Source: Chiloscyllium plagiosum (Eukaryota). Taken from it: a stretch of DNA of 64,000 nt. Of this stretch, positions 1 through 12,299 are shown piece by piece (positions within the stretch are counted from its first letter, which is position 1; each line of letters opens with the position of its first letter). The notes under the pieces were generated by a model, which was not told the origin of the DNA, did not search any database, and saw only the letters and a program-made list of their open reading frames with translations. Both the position numbers and the translations under genes were made by a program. The stretch is taken from NCBI RefSeq assembly GCF_004010195.1, contig NC_057719.1:30501054-30565053 (forward strand), read 5' to 3'.

Positions 1-427
1 GCTAACCCATCCTTCAATCTCCTCATCCAAGTCATTAATAAAAATTACAAAGAGTAGAGGCCCAAGAACAGAGCCCTGTGGAACACCACTCACCACTGAC
101 TTCCAGGCAGAATACTTTCCTTCCACTACCATTCGCTGTCTTCTGTCGACCAGCCAATTCTGTATCCAGACAGCTAAATTTCCCTGTATCCCATTCCTCC
201 TGACCGAGCCTACCAAGGGGAACCTTATCAAATGCCTTGCCGAAGTCCATATACACCACATCCACCGCTCGACCTTCATCAACCTGTCTAGTAACATCTT
301 CAAAGAACTCAATAAGATTTGTGAGGCATGACCTGCCCTCACAAAGCCATGCTGACTGCATTTAACCAAACCATGCTCTTCCAGATGGTCTTAAATCCTA
401 TCCCTCAGAATCCTTTCTAACACCTTG

Positions 428-1587
428 GATGGCCAAATGCTGATCTTGCCAGTAACACCAAATTGCACAAAAAAGACAACTAAAAATAATCAGACATGAT
501 ATAAATGCCTTGCTTTGTTATTCATGAAACAGCAACAGATAAAATACTGAAATGAAACCAAAACAGAAATTGCTGGAGATGCTTTCAGTATTTGTGGAAA
601 GAAAACAGAGGCAGTTTTTCAGGTCCAGTGATCTTTCATCACAAACGAACATTTTTGGGAACATGATTCATTTGAAGTCATTCCATGCAACACTCCCTCA
701 TTACTACACTGGAGTATCAGCTAAGACTTTTGTGCTCATGTACTGGAGTGAGACGAACTGCAACATTCAGAAACAACAGTGCTGCCAATTGAATCACAGC
801 TCGTCATAGCTGTCATTGCTTTTCCTAAAGCTTGAAAGATAAAGAAATTGAAAGCCAACACCTTTGTTGAGTTGACTATTCAAATTAGATATCAGTAATA
901 CCTGTCCCATATTCTGGAATTGAAAATAGCTGATGTCAGTCATAGTGACCATGAAGCTACTAATTGTCATGAAACTAGCTGGTTTATTGGTCATGACTAT
1001 TGAGTACAGGAGTTGGGAGGTCATGTTGCAGCTGTACAGGACATTGGTTAGGCCACTGTTGGAATATTGCATGCAATTCTGGTCTCCTTCCTGTTGGAAA
1101 GATGTTGTGAAACTTGAAAGGGTTCAAAAAAGATTTACAAAGATGTTGCCAAGGTTGGAGGATATGAGATGTTGTATAGGCTAGGGCTGTTTTCCCTGGA
1201 GCATCAGAGGCTGAGGGGTGACACTATAGAGGTTTATAAAATCATGAGGGGCATGGATAGGATAAATAGACAAAGTCTTTTCCCTGGAGTGGGGGAGTCC
1301 AGAACTAGAGGGCATAGGTTTAGGGTGAGAGGGGAAAGATATAAAATGGATCTAAGGTGCAACTTTTTCACGCAGAGGGTGGTACGTGTATGAAATGAGC
1401 TGCCAGAGGAAGTGGTACAATTGCAACATTTAAAAAGCATTTGGATGGGTATCTGAATAGGAAGGGTTTGGAGGGATATGGGCCAGCTGCTGGCAGGTGG
1501 GACTAGATTGGGTTGGGATATCTGGTCAGCATGGATGGGTTAGACCAAAGGGTCTGTTTCCGTGCTGTACACCTCTATGACTCTATG
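428..1587 (+). mobile_element. Chimeric insertion: ~560 bp of non-CR1 DNA plus a CR1 3' end (~986-1587) with a (CTCTATGA)2 tail, TSD ACCTTG
   Basis: ACCTTG at 422-427 and 1588-1593. CR1 C-terminal motifs LYRTLVRPLLEYC and LERVQKRFT. Confidence 0.8.
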
Positions 1588-2253
1588 ACCTTGCAGACGA
1601 CAGACCAGTGAGACTGACTGGTCTGTAATTGCTGGGGATTTCCCTATTTCCTTTCTTGAAGAGAGGAATTACATTTGCCTCCCTCCAGTCCTCAGGTACG
1701 ACTCCGGTGGAGAGCGAGGATGCAAAGATCTTCGTAAGCGGCAAAGCAATCACATTTCTCGCTTCCCAAAGCAGCCGAGGACAAATCTGGTCTGGCCCTG
1801 GCGACTTGTCAATCTTAATGTTTGTCAAAAGTTTCAGCACATCAGCTTCCTCAATCTCTATCCGTTCCAGCATGCTTACCTGCTCCTCAATGGTTTCATT
1901 CACTACAAGGTCCTTTTTGTTAGTAAAGACAGAAGCAAAAAACTTGTTTAGGGCTTTCCCTACCTCCTCAGGCTCTATACACAAGTTCCCTATGCTATCC
2001 CTGATCGGCCCTACTCTTTCTTTGATCATTCTCTTATTCCTCACATTTGTGTAAAATGCCTTTGGATTCTCCCTAATCCTTCCTGCCAAGCCTTTTTCGT
2101 GCCCCCTCTTGGCTCTCCTCAGACCATTTTTGAGCTCTTTCCTCGCCTGCCTGTAATCCTCTAGAGCTGAGCAAGACCCTTGCTTCCTCCACCTTACGTA
2201 AGCTGCCTTTTTCTTTTGACGAGAAGCTCTTCTGCTCTCGTCATCTAAGGGTC

Positions 2254-2344
2254 CTGAAGAAGGGCTTATGCCCGAAACGTCGATTCTCCTGTTCCCTGGA
2301 TGCTGCCTGACCTGCTGCGCTTTTCCAGCAACACATTTCCAGCT
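2254..2344 (+). mobile_element. Short Penelope pLTR-derived insertion with a minimal hammerhead ribozyme core
   Basis: CTGAAGA-A-GGGC-TTAT-GCCC-GAAAC-GTC at 2254-2281. It interrupts CR1 ORF2 and is flanked by TCCT. Homologous to the end of the Penelope element at 24103-24235. Confidence 0.85.
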
Positions 2345-4241
2345 CCTTTATCTTACCCCTTCTTGTCTGTCTCAGAGGAACACATTTATGTATCACTCGC
2401 AACAACTGAATCCAAAATGGCCTCTCCCCTCGTCGGCCTGTCAACATACTGAGTTAGGAAACCCTCCTGAACAGCCCTTACAAAAACAGCTCCTTCCAAA
2501 CCATCTGCTCGAAGGAGGCTTAAAGTCACCCATTACAACAACCCTACTACATTCACACTTTTCCAAAATCTGCCGACTTATGCTTTCTTCAATCTCCCTG
2601 CTGCTATTGGGGGCTGTTCCCTTACTGTTCCTAATTTACACCCATACTGACTCGGTAGGCAGACCCTCCTCGACAATGGTAACTTCTGTAGCTGTGATAC
2701 CCTCTCTGATTAGCAGTGCTACACTCCCTCCTCTTTTTCCCCCACTCCTTATTCTTTTTAAATGTTCTAAACCCTGGAACATCCAGCAACCATTCCTGCC
2801 CCTGAGAAACTCACGTCTCTGTTATGGCCAAAACATCATAGCACCAGGTACTGATCCATGCACTAAGCACATCACTTTCATTCCTGATACTCCTTGCATT
2901 AAAGCAAACACACTTTAACCAATCCCTTGGTTCTTTCCCAGGAAATTCCTTCCCACTGGCTGCGCTACCTCTTGCTATTGCCTCATCTCCATCAACTCTC
3001 ACCACTGGTATATAGCTCAGGTTCCCACCCCCTGCCATACTAATTTAAACCCTCCTGAACCACTCGAGCAAACCTTCCATCCAGGACGTTGGTCCTCTTC
3101 CAGTTCAGGTGCCACCCGTCCTTCATGTATAGGTCCCACCTTCCCCAGAAGGCATCCCAATTATCTACATATCTGAAGCCCTCCCTCCTACACCAGCTTC
3201 GCAGCCACATGTTAAGCTGCGCCCGCTCCCTGCTCCTCACTTCGCTGTCTCGTGGCACCGGTAGTAAACCCGAGAACACTACTCTGTTGGTCCTGCTCTG
3301 CAGCTTCCAACCTAACTCCCTGAGATCACTTTTTATATTTTCGATACTTTTCCTGGCTATATCATTGGTGCCAATGTGTAACACAAATTCTGGCTATTTG
3401 CCCTCCCCTTTCAGAATCTTATACACCCGATCGGAGACATCCCGGACCCTGGCACCAGGGAGGCAACATACCTTCCGGGAGTCCCGATCCTGACCACAAA
3501 ATCTCCTGTCAATTCTCCTAACAATCGAGTCTCCTACCACTGGAGCTTTTCTATTCTGCCCCCTTCCCTTCTGGGCCACAGTGTCAGGCTCAGTGCCAGA
3601 GAACCGACCACTATGGCTTTTTTCTGGTAGGTCATCCCCCCCAGCAGTAGCCAAATCGATATCTCTGCACTGTCTGTCTCCTTTCCTCCCATCTATCCTT
3701 ATCCTGAGCCTCAGGAGTGACTAACTGCCAGTAACTCCTCTCAATTACCCCTCAGCCTCCTGAATGATCCACAGTTCATCCAGCTCCAGCTCCAATTCCC
3801 TAACATGGTTTTCAAGGAGCTGGAGCTGGGTGTACTTCCTGCAGATGTAGCCAGCGGAGAAATGTGTCATGTCTCTCACCTGTCACATTCTGCAGGAGGA
3901 GCAAGCAACTGCCCTAGCATCCATACCCCACTTATCTGAATGCCCACACAATACTAAACAAGAAAGCTTAATTCAATTGCTATAAAATCAAGCAATAAAC
4001 TTATATTCAATAAAGGAAGTTTAGAAATGAACCGTACCTTATTAACCTAGTTAGAGGAGGAGGACGGGTGGGGGAGACACTGCAGTTCTAGTTGTAGCCG
4101 CCTTGCTAATATATATAGTCACTTACTTTCCTTCCCGGCAGCCCCTCTGGTCCGCGTCACTTCCACTACTACTCCCGCTCCTTCTGTGGAGGAGAGACAC
4201 TGCTGGCCACTACCGGTAAGTAATGTTTAAAAATCTCCCTT

Positions 4242-4680
4242 CTGCAGCTATACAGGGCCCTGGTGAGAGCACACCTGGAGTACTGTGTACAGTTCTGGTC
4301 TCCAAATTTGAGGAAAGACATTCTGGCTATTGAGGGAGTGCAGCGTAGGTTCATGAGGTCCATTCCTGGAATGGCGGGACTACCTTATGCTAAAAGACTG
4401 GAGCGACTGGGCTTGTATACCCTTGAGTTTAGAAGACTGAGAGCGGATCTGATTGAGACATATAAGATTATTAAAGAATTGGACACTCTGGAGGCAGGAA
4501 ACATGTTTCCGCTGATGGGTGANNNNNNNNNNNNNNNNNNNNGTGGAGTCAAGGGTTATGGAGATAAGGCAGGAACAGGATACTGATTAAGGATGATCAG
4601 CCATGATCATATTGAATGGTGGTGCAGGCTCGAAGGGCAGAATGGCCTACTCCTGCACCTATTGTCTATTGTCTATTGTC
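4242..4680 (+). mobile_element. CR1 3' fragment with (CTATTGT)3 tail; contains a 20-N gap (4523-4542)
   Basis: RAHLEYCVQFWSP...IEGVQRRF...RRLRADLIETYKI and a microsatellite tail. Confidence 0.85.
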
Positions 4681-4739
4681 TTAGCTGCAGCCTTCCTAGT
4701 TCGCCTTACCTCCGCTGCTGCTCCCACTCAAAAAAAAAA

Positions 4740-7700
4740 TTCTAAGGGGTGTTTATTCTTTTTAGCTTGTGCTTGCGATGCAGCTCTAGCTGGGAGAAGT
4801 GGAAGTGGTTGAGATGGTTAGATGCCTATCTATGGGCAGTTCGGGATGGGTAGTTGCCCTCTCTGGGCAGGGGGTGAGTTCCCCTACTCAACGCTATTGG
4901 CGCTTTATATGTTGCTTTATTTTCTGGTTTTTGTTTTTTATTTTTAATAATTTTGTATGTTTATCAAATGTAGTGGGTTTAGTTTATGTAGTTTTTATAT
5001 TTGGTGGACCATGCGACACTAAGGCTCAGCAATTTGTGGTTCGTGTTCCTCCTCTCTGGAATTTAAATGTAATTGCAGAAAATTATGGCGAATGATTTGA
5101 TTAAATGGTGTACCTGGAATATCAAGGGAAGTCACTCACCAATTAAGAGGAAGAAGGTACTCTTGAGCCTTAGAAAGAAAGTGGATATTGCTTTGTTACA
5201 GGAGACACACTTGGATGACAAGGAGCATCTGAAATTACAGCAAAATGGCTTTGACCGAGTTTATTTTTCATCATTTAATACCAGAAGTAGGGAGTGGCTA
5301 TACTGGTTAGGAAATATCTCTCATTTAAATTGTTGGAATGTGTTAAAGACACATAAGGGAGGTTTGTAATTCTTAAAGCCTTGATAAATGGAAAAGAATA
5401 TGGTATTTTAAATGTTTATTGTCCCCCAGCTCATCCTCTTAAATTCTTGGTAGATGCTTTTTCTAAACTGAAAAGTCTCAAGTCTTGGCACATCATTATA
5501 GGGGGAGATTTTAACTGCCTCATGGACCCCACAGGTTGCCTAAAGGTCCCTTGATACCCTCTGCACAAACTAAACAGTTATTGGGTTTATGTGAGGAATT
5601 AGGGTTGGTGGACGTCTGGAGGTATCTCCACCCTACAGGTAGGGATTTCACGTTTTTCTCCAATCCGCATAGATGTCATATGAGGATTGACTTTTTTCTG
5701 ACTTCTGTGGTAACCCTGGATCTGGTGGCATCCTTTACGAATGGTAATATTGCCATCTCTAATCATACTCCAGTGTACCTCATGGTTAAGATTAAGGATG
5801 TGAGAGTGGATTCAAGGAACTGGTGAATGGACCCCTTTATTCTCATGGACAGTAAGTTTGTGGAGTATTTCTCTGGGGGATTTCGGGCATTCCTAGACAT
5901 CAACATAGGTTTGGTTGATAGCTCATCTGTTCTCTGGGAAAATGCCAAAGCTTATGCCAGGGGGTTAGTTATTTCATATTCCACCAGTAGGAAGCGGTAG
6001 AAGGGTGAGCAGCAACGTCTCCTTAAAGCACAGTTGAAGGCAGCCGAGAAGGCCTATTTTGACAGACCCTCGTTGGTCAAACTACAGAAGATTACGGCAC
6101 TGCAGTCTGCAATAAATTCTGTGCTCATGCAGACAGCAAAGAAGGAGCTGGCTTTTGCAAAGCAAAGATTATGTGAGCATGGTGACAAGCCAGGCAAATA
6201 CTTAGCATACCTTGCCAGAAAGAGAACTGGCCCACAAACCATTACAGCAATTCGGGAAGGGTCTGGGAACCTAACGTGATTCTAAAAAGATTAATGTGGC
6301 ATTCCAGAGATTCTACTCTAAGTTATATCAGTCTGAGAATTGTGAGAAGGGGCAGGCCAAAATGGAATCATTTTGTAGAGATCTGAAGCACCCGGGTGTG
6401 ACTCCCGAACAACAGTCCTTTCTCAATGCCCATTATCAGAGCAAGAAGTGCAGGAAACTGTGAGGCAGCTTCAGAGCGGAAAGGCACCCGGTCCTGACGG
6501 ATTTCCCAGTGAATTCTATAAGGAACTTATAAGTATACTGTCAGGCCCGATGCTGAATATGTTTAATTATTCATATAGTCATGATTGTCTCCCACCGTCT
6601 CTGAGAGAGGCCAATATTTCACTTATCCTTAAAAAAGGGAAGGATCCAGAAGACTGTGCTTCATACAGGCCCATCTCGCTCTTAAATGTGGACTTTTAAG
6701 ATCCTCTCCAAGGTTCTCGCGTTAAGGCTGGAGACGGTGTTACCCCCTATTATTAAAGAGGGTCAGACGGGCTTCATAAAGGGTCCTCCAATAATGTTAG
6801 GAGGCTACTTAACGTAATTCAAGCATGCCAACAGCAGTCAAGACAGGGATTGGTGATTTCTTGAGATGCAGAGAAGGCATTTGACTGAGTTGAGTGGCCG
6901 TACCTTTTCTATACTCTCAACTGGTTTGGTCTGGGCGAAGTTTTCATAAGATGGGTAAAGGTTCTCTACAGTATACCTCTCGCGGCAGTCATTACCAACG
7001 GGGTATGATCAAGCAATTTTAATATTTCTAGGGGCAGCCGGCAGGGCTGTCCCCTTTCACCATTACTTTTTACGTTGGTGATTGAACCGTTGGCAGAAGC
7101 CATTCGTGGGGATCTCAATATATCAGCTCCAAAAGTGGGATCAAAATTACATAAGATCTTGCTGTATGCAGATGATGTTCTAATTTTCTTGACGAATCCA
7201 CCAGTTTCAGTGCCTTGCCTGATACAATGCATTCACGCGTTTGCCGCTTTTTCAGGGTATAAGATTAATTTTGCTAAATCAAAGGCTATGCCTATGGGTG
7301 GTCTTACGAAAGAGTTGGCTCTTGAGAGTGACTATAGATTCCCATTTAGGTGGTCAAAGGGGGGGTTTTGTGTATTTGGGCATATTCATTACTCCAGTTC
7401 TGGAGTGGATGTTCAAAGCCAATTTTACTCAATTATTTGAAAAAATTACACAAGATCTCCAAAGATGGAAGGCACTTCCAGTCTCATGGTTGGGTCAGAT
7501 AGCACTTATTAAGATGAATATTCTCCCTCGTTTCCTATACCCTATACAGATGCTCCCCCTGATTTTCAATAAACAAACACACAGGAGACTGAACGGTTGG
7601 TTCAGCTCCTTTACCTGGCACCATAAACGGCCCCTCATTAAATTAGCCAAACTGCAGTTGCCTCACAGATTGGGGGGGAGTAGAACTTCCGGACATTAAA

Positions 7701-9232
7701 TTTTACTAATTAAGCTCGCTTTTGACCTACGTGAGTGATTGGGTTTGTGGGGACCCTCTTTCAATATGGCTAGATATCGAAGCCTCCCAGGCAAGGTGCC
7801 CCCTTACCAGTTTGCTGTTTTTGGACAAGGTGAGGACAGTTAGGGAATATTGCCATAACCCAATAGTCATCAATACTGTTAAAGCATGGAGGGCAATTCA
7901 GCAGAGGGAAGGTAATATTGGCAAAACGTCTTTGTTTACACTTTTAATGGGTATGCCGGGTTTTCAACCGGGTATGATAGATTCAGGATTTAAACATTGG
8001 GCAGCTAGAGGTATACCTTGCATGGGTGATTTATTTCAGGGAGATGTAATGATGTCCTTCGATCAGTTAGTACGGAATTACGAGTTACCTAATAGAGACC
8101 TCTTTCATAGAACATAGAACATAGAACATAGAAGAATACAGTGCAGTACAGGCCCTTGGGCCCTCGATGTTGCCCACACTTTTGACTGATCCCTACAAAT
8201 CTGACATAGAAAGAGGGGTACTAAGGGCTAAGAGTACATTCTCTGTCAGTACTTTGTATCACCAACTGGGGGGTGCCACCTCAGATGACTCTGATCGAAT
8301 CAGCAAGATGTGGGAAAGAGAGCTGAGTGTTAAGTTTCTTCAGAGGCATGGGAGGATATTTAGGAGAATACAAGGAAGATATCAATTTGCAATAGGACCC
8401 ATGCTTTACAGTTGAAGATTCTCCACAGGGTCCACTTAGCCCCAGACAGTTTGTCAAAATTTAAACCAGGCGTATCTTCAGCATGTCCTAAGTGCAAGGT
8501 CTGCACGGGCACTCTTACCCATTGTCTTTGGTCTTGTGACAGGCTTTAAACATATTGGAACGCTGTGGCGGGTGCAATGGAGAGGATTTTATGTGTAGAG
8601 GTGGAGAAGGACCCTATTTCTCTCCTTTTGGGCCTACCCCATTGTATTTCCTGCAGACGCGCATAAGAAAAAACTTTTCAATATTCTTACGTTCTGTGCA
8701 AGGAAGAATATCTTGCAAGGTTGGATATCAGAAAATCCCCCAGGCCTGTCGGGTTGGCGGAAGATTGTTATGGAGCATATTCCCCTGGATTTTCTCACAA
8801 ATACGATACACCACAAAACTGAGAATTTTTACAAGACATGGCAACCCTTTTTGAAATACCTGGACACAGATTTATCTACCACACTAACAAGGGCTTTTAT
8901 ATAGCCGTAACGATTGTGTTTCATGAGTCCAATATCCAGGGAGGAGGGACTATGAATGTATGAGTGTTTTGTTTGGCTGGGTTGAGTTATTACTATTTAT
9001 TTGTTTATTGTTAGGTATTTATTTATTTAGTTAAATAGCTAGTTCAGGTTTAATTTTATACTCCTCTATATATGTTTATACATTCATATAGGAGGGTGGG
9101 TTGGGGACCTTTTTTCATTATTTGGGTTTAGTTTTGTACTATTTTTGTACTGTTTCGAACTGCATTGTTTTGTATTTGTTGTAATATTTAAAAATCTACT
9201 TTTTCTTAATAAAAATATATTATTAAAAAAAA
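4740..9232 (+). mobile_element. L1-clade LINE: inter-ORF spacer, disrupted ORF2 (5085-8904), 3'UTR and poly(A)
   Basis: APE WNIKG...LLQETH...GGDFN...RIDFFL; RT KAPGPDG, QGCPLSPLLF, LLYADD; L1-type KMNILPRFLY; C-terminal CPKC...H..W.C; AATAAA at 9208 and an A-run at 9225-9232. Several stops and frameshifts. Confidence 0.92.
8106..8173 (-). mobile_element. Tiny CR1 3'-tail fragment with (TTCTATG)n inside L1 ORF2
   Basis: (CATAGAA)3-4 followed by cagtgcagtacaggccc...gatgttgcc, the reverse complement of the CR1 tail seen at 22085-22142. Confidence 0.75.
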
Positions 9233-9475
9233 TGGGAACACCATCACTTGAAAGTTCCCCTCAGAACCACTCACTAGTCTGACTTGGGAATACATTGTCA
9301 CTGAGTCAAAATCCAGGAACTCCCTCTCTAACAGCATTCTGGGGGTACTGACTCTAACTGGATTGCAGGAGTTCAAAAAGGGAGCTCGTCACCACCTTCT
9401 CAGAGCAACTACTGATAGGCAATAAATGCCAGCCAGCGATGCTCACACTCGGCGAATGAATTAATTTTTAAAAAA
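9233..9475 (+). mobile_element. 3' end of the L2/CR1-group LINE family whose long copy is at 26541-29006
   Basis: gggaacaccatcac...aagttcccctc...ggcaataaatgc...aatgaat, shared with 28770-29005. Confidence 0.7.
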
Positions 9476-10315
9476 GCCTTCCTGCTGCTCTTTAAGCTGT
9501 GCTTGTTTTAACACAGTGGTTTTTTGTTTATCTGCTTGTCATACATTGCCCAATTATTTACAACCTTGGCACCAATAAATCTCTATTTGATTATCAGAGC
9601 ATCTGCTAGAGTTCTCTAGAGGCTATGCTTGTAACACACAGAACTTTGATCACAAGGGGCATTCATTTATCACAGAGGTAGAGGAGCCATACTATGCTGA
9701 TTGACTTATCCAACATGACCAAGAAACTTATGTTCCCAATCCCCCAAAAGGTTTGCTGCTCCCAGATAAGTCCTGTACATGAAAGCATCAGTGCTCTTCG
9801 CAATATTGACCTTAAGTGCATGTAAACATCTGGAGTGATTATCAGCCGTCAACGCTTTCAAGAATGGAATGCAAAAATCTAGAGATATAACAAGATAGCA
9901 TGAAGACAAAGGATTTTGTAAACTTATAATACATTTATTTGATGCCAGGACTTCAAAAAAATATTCATACCGGTGTGTCCCAACTGAAAACAAACCTTAA
10001 TTATTTGCTATATGGTTTGATGCTACATCCCTCTACTGCCAAAGCTGGATTGGTGGAAGTCTGCTGACTGCTTTGTTGCCTTGCTACAGACGACATTAGC
10101 ATTCGTACTCAGATGTCTCTAGACCTGGAAGGCCCCAACTTGCTGGGGATTCCTGCACAGGAGCAATGTCTTCAAACTAAGCAGATGAAAATATTTGGAT
10201 TCCTGGCAGAGTGAGTTGATGCAGCTGGCCATCACTGGAGTATCCTGACAGAGTGATTTCTGGTGCCATCAGTCACTCCTTCTCCCTGTCAATCTGCAAT
10301 ATGATCGAATTGAAT

Positions 10316-10622
10316 CATAGAATCCCATAGTGTGGAAAAAGGCTATCTGGCACACTGAGTCTGCACTGACCTTCCGAAGAGTACCCCACCCATCTTATCC
10401 CCATAGCCCCACATCTGCCATGGCTAATACACATAACCTACACATCCTGAGACACAACAGGGCAATTTAGCATGGCCAATCCATTTATATTTGGACTGTG
10501 GGTGGAAACCAGACATGGGCAGAATGTGCTAACTCCACACAGACAGTCATCCAAGGCTGAAATCAAACCTGGATGCCTGGCACTGTGAGGCAGCAGTGCT
10601 AATTGTTGAGCCAACATACCTC
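10316..10622 (-). mobile_element. HE1/V-SINE, diverged
   Basis: ggcaatttagcatggccaat core, gcactgtgaggcagcagtgct tRNA-like head and a CR1-type tail. Confidence 0.75.
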
Positions 10623-10929
10623 CCTTACCTCTTGAGGGGATGATGATGATTTATTTATTGTGACTTGCATTTTACAGTGAATAATACAGTAAGATAGTGA
10701 AAAGCTTCAACAGTTTCCACAATCTACTGCCATTTTGAATAGTTTAAAAGGGATAAAAGATATAACTGAGAGTCCTGAACCAGCTCACCAACAACACCCG
10801 TACCGCCACCCCTTCTCCACCGCTACCTGCACCAGACCCACCAACGTAGGAGTTGCCACTCGACTAAGGTGAAATCCTCTCATTAAGCCAGTGAATTAAA
10901 GCATTTATGGCTCAAGTCAAGAAGTGAAG

Positions 10930-11825
10930 GTCAGAAAGCACATCCAGCTGATTATTCTACTGTCTAGGATGGCTACCACCCAATCCATGGAGGCAGCCTG
11001 AAGCCAGACATCAGAAAAGTGTGCACAGGCACCTATTTCTTTCACTCCAGTCTTTGCATGATATCCTGCATTTCTGGTTGCCTCTGTACCTCTGTCCAGT
11101 CATGAATGGCTGATTCCAGAAGCTCACCATCTGCACTTGAGTCAGCAACAGCCTGTCCTCCAGCAGTTCTAAGTGTCAGATACCTTGACTGTTTCTTCCA
11201 CTTTTTCCTGTGGGCTTGCAGTGGCATTGTACTCACAGTAATATGACCCTGTACTTACTCTAGATACATTTATCATCCTTGATGACTTTGAGACTCGGAG
11301 GCTGCAGAGTTAAATATACCATGTATTAGCTTTGTGAAACACAACTCTTCGCAAAGGTTACATTAAAATGTTGGTGCTTGATGTGCAGATGTAAGCAGCT
11401 GCTTGAGGTTTCTCACTAGATATCTTGACACATCAAAACTTGCCTTCTGCAGGCTTACTCCACGTCCAACACGGGCAGGTGCAACAAAGCGAGACACATA
11501 GATTAGACATATGATGGAGGAGTCTGTCATCCCAAGTATGTGTGTGAGATGCTTAACTGCTTAGTCGGACACAGCCATTGGAGGATTTATCAGACAGTGG
11601 CACTTTGGTAGATTGCAAACAATCATTCATCCACTTGCATCATTACATCCAGTCACCCCTCTGGGGTGCTTACACACTGGCCATCACAATCTTCTCCATA
11701 CTGCTACTTTCATCAGGCATAATGGCCTCTTGCTGCCATCTCTGGAACCAGGACGTCCCTGGGCTCATACACACTCTGCAGTAGCAATTCAAGAGAACAG
11801 TCACTAAATATGGGTGTCATCTTCT
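10930..11825 (-). mobile_element. Degenerate PIF/Harbinger Myb/SANT ORF remnant
   Basis: The minus strand near 11820-11620 reads TPIFSDCSLELLLQSV...RDVLVP...W..CKWMND, resembling Myb/SANT-like trihelix proteins of Harbinger elements. Frameshifted. Confidence 0.5.
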
Positions 11826-12299
11826 GTGCTATCATCCAAATAGTTTAGTGGATGACAGGATGTGAAGTCCTCCAATGATCCTGGGGTTCAGACAGTGTTG
11901 ATTTTACAGCCAACAGGGATTAGCATGCAGAAGCTCCACATAGGGAACTTACTGCCTGCATGTAAAACTTTGGCATTTTACCTAAATGTATGCATGCAAT
12001 AAACTTTGAGGAACTTAATCATACAAAAAAACCCAATGTTCTCTCTCGCTTAGATTTGACTTAATCTTTGGGTCTGCCATAATATGTACTTTCAGAAGAG
12101 AGAATTACATCCTGTGTATCACTTTGTGTTGAGGTTTTATCTGTCCTCTGTATTACAAAGGATGAATATGGCCTAATGTTGTGGAGTGCTCCACTCAGCA
12201 TAACAGATCCTTTGTGGAGACGTTTATGCAAAGAAACCTTTGAACACAAGTCTGTCCGGCAGTGCACTGCATGTCTCACAGCCCTGCATGTAAAGGGCT

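Larger units (their letters stand above)
1..4730 (-). mobile_element. CR1/HER1-type LINE, long copy (5'UTR, ORF1 esterase, APE and RT fragments), interrupted by several nested insertions and running off the left edge
   Basis: ORF1 motifs VVGDSIVR, HIGTND and DGWHLN (3040-3654); APE start LKCVCFNARSI (2811-3038); KSPGPD...NYRPVSLT (1583-2089); [12 protein letters not shown]...DFGKAFD (1-427). The sequence continues across the 428-1587 insert. The 5' limit (~4220-4730) is uncertain. Confidence 0.9.

Noticed and set aside
2268..2918. 216-aa ORF and similar long ORFs (1629-2054, 3089-3493, 24133-25011)
   Set aside because: These are antisense or off-frame shadows of CR1/Penelope sequence, or are inflated by N-gaps.
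8106..8135. Short direct repeats resembling an array
   Set aside because: This is a CR1 microsatellite tail with no spacers; nothing CRISPR-like or prokaryotic is present in the window.
9706..9993. 95-aa minus-strand ORF in unique DNA with an acceptor-like site
   Set aside because: No recognisable homology and no convincing donor.
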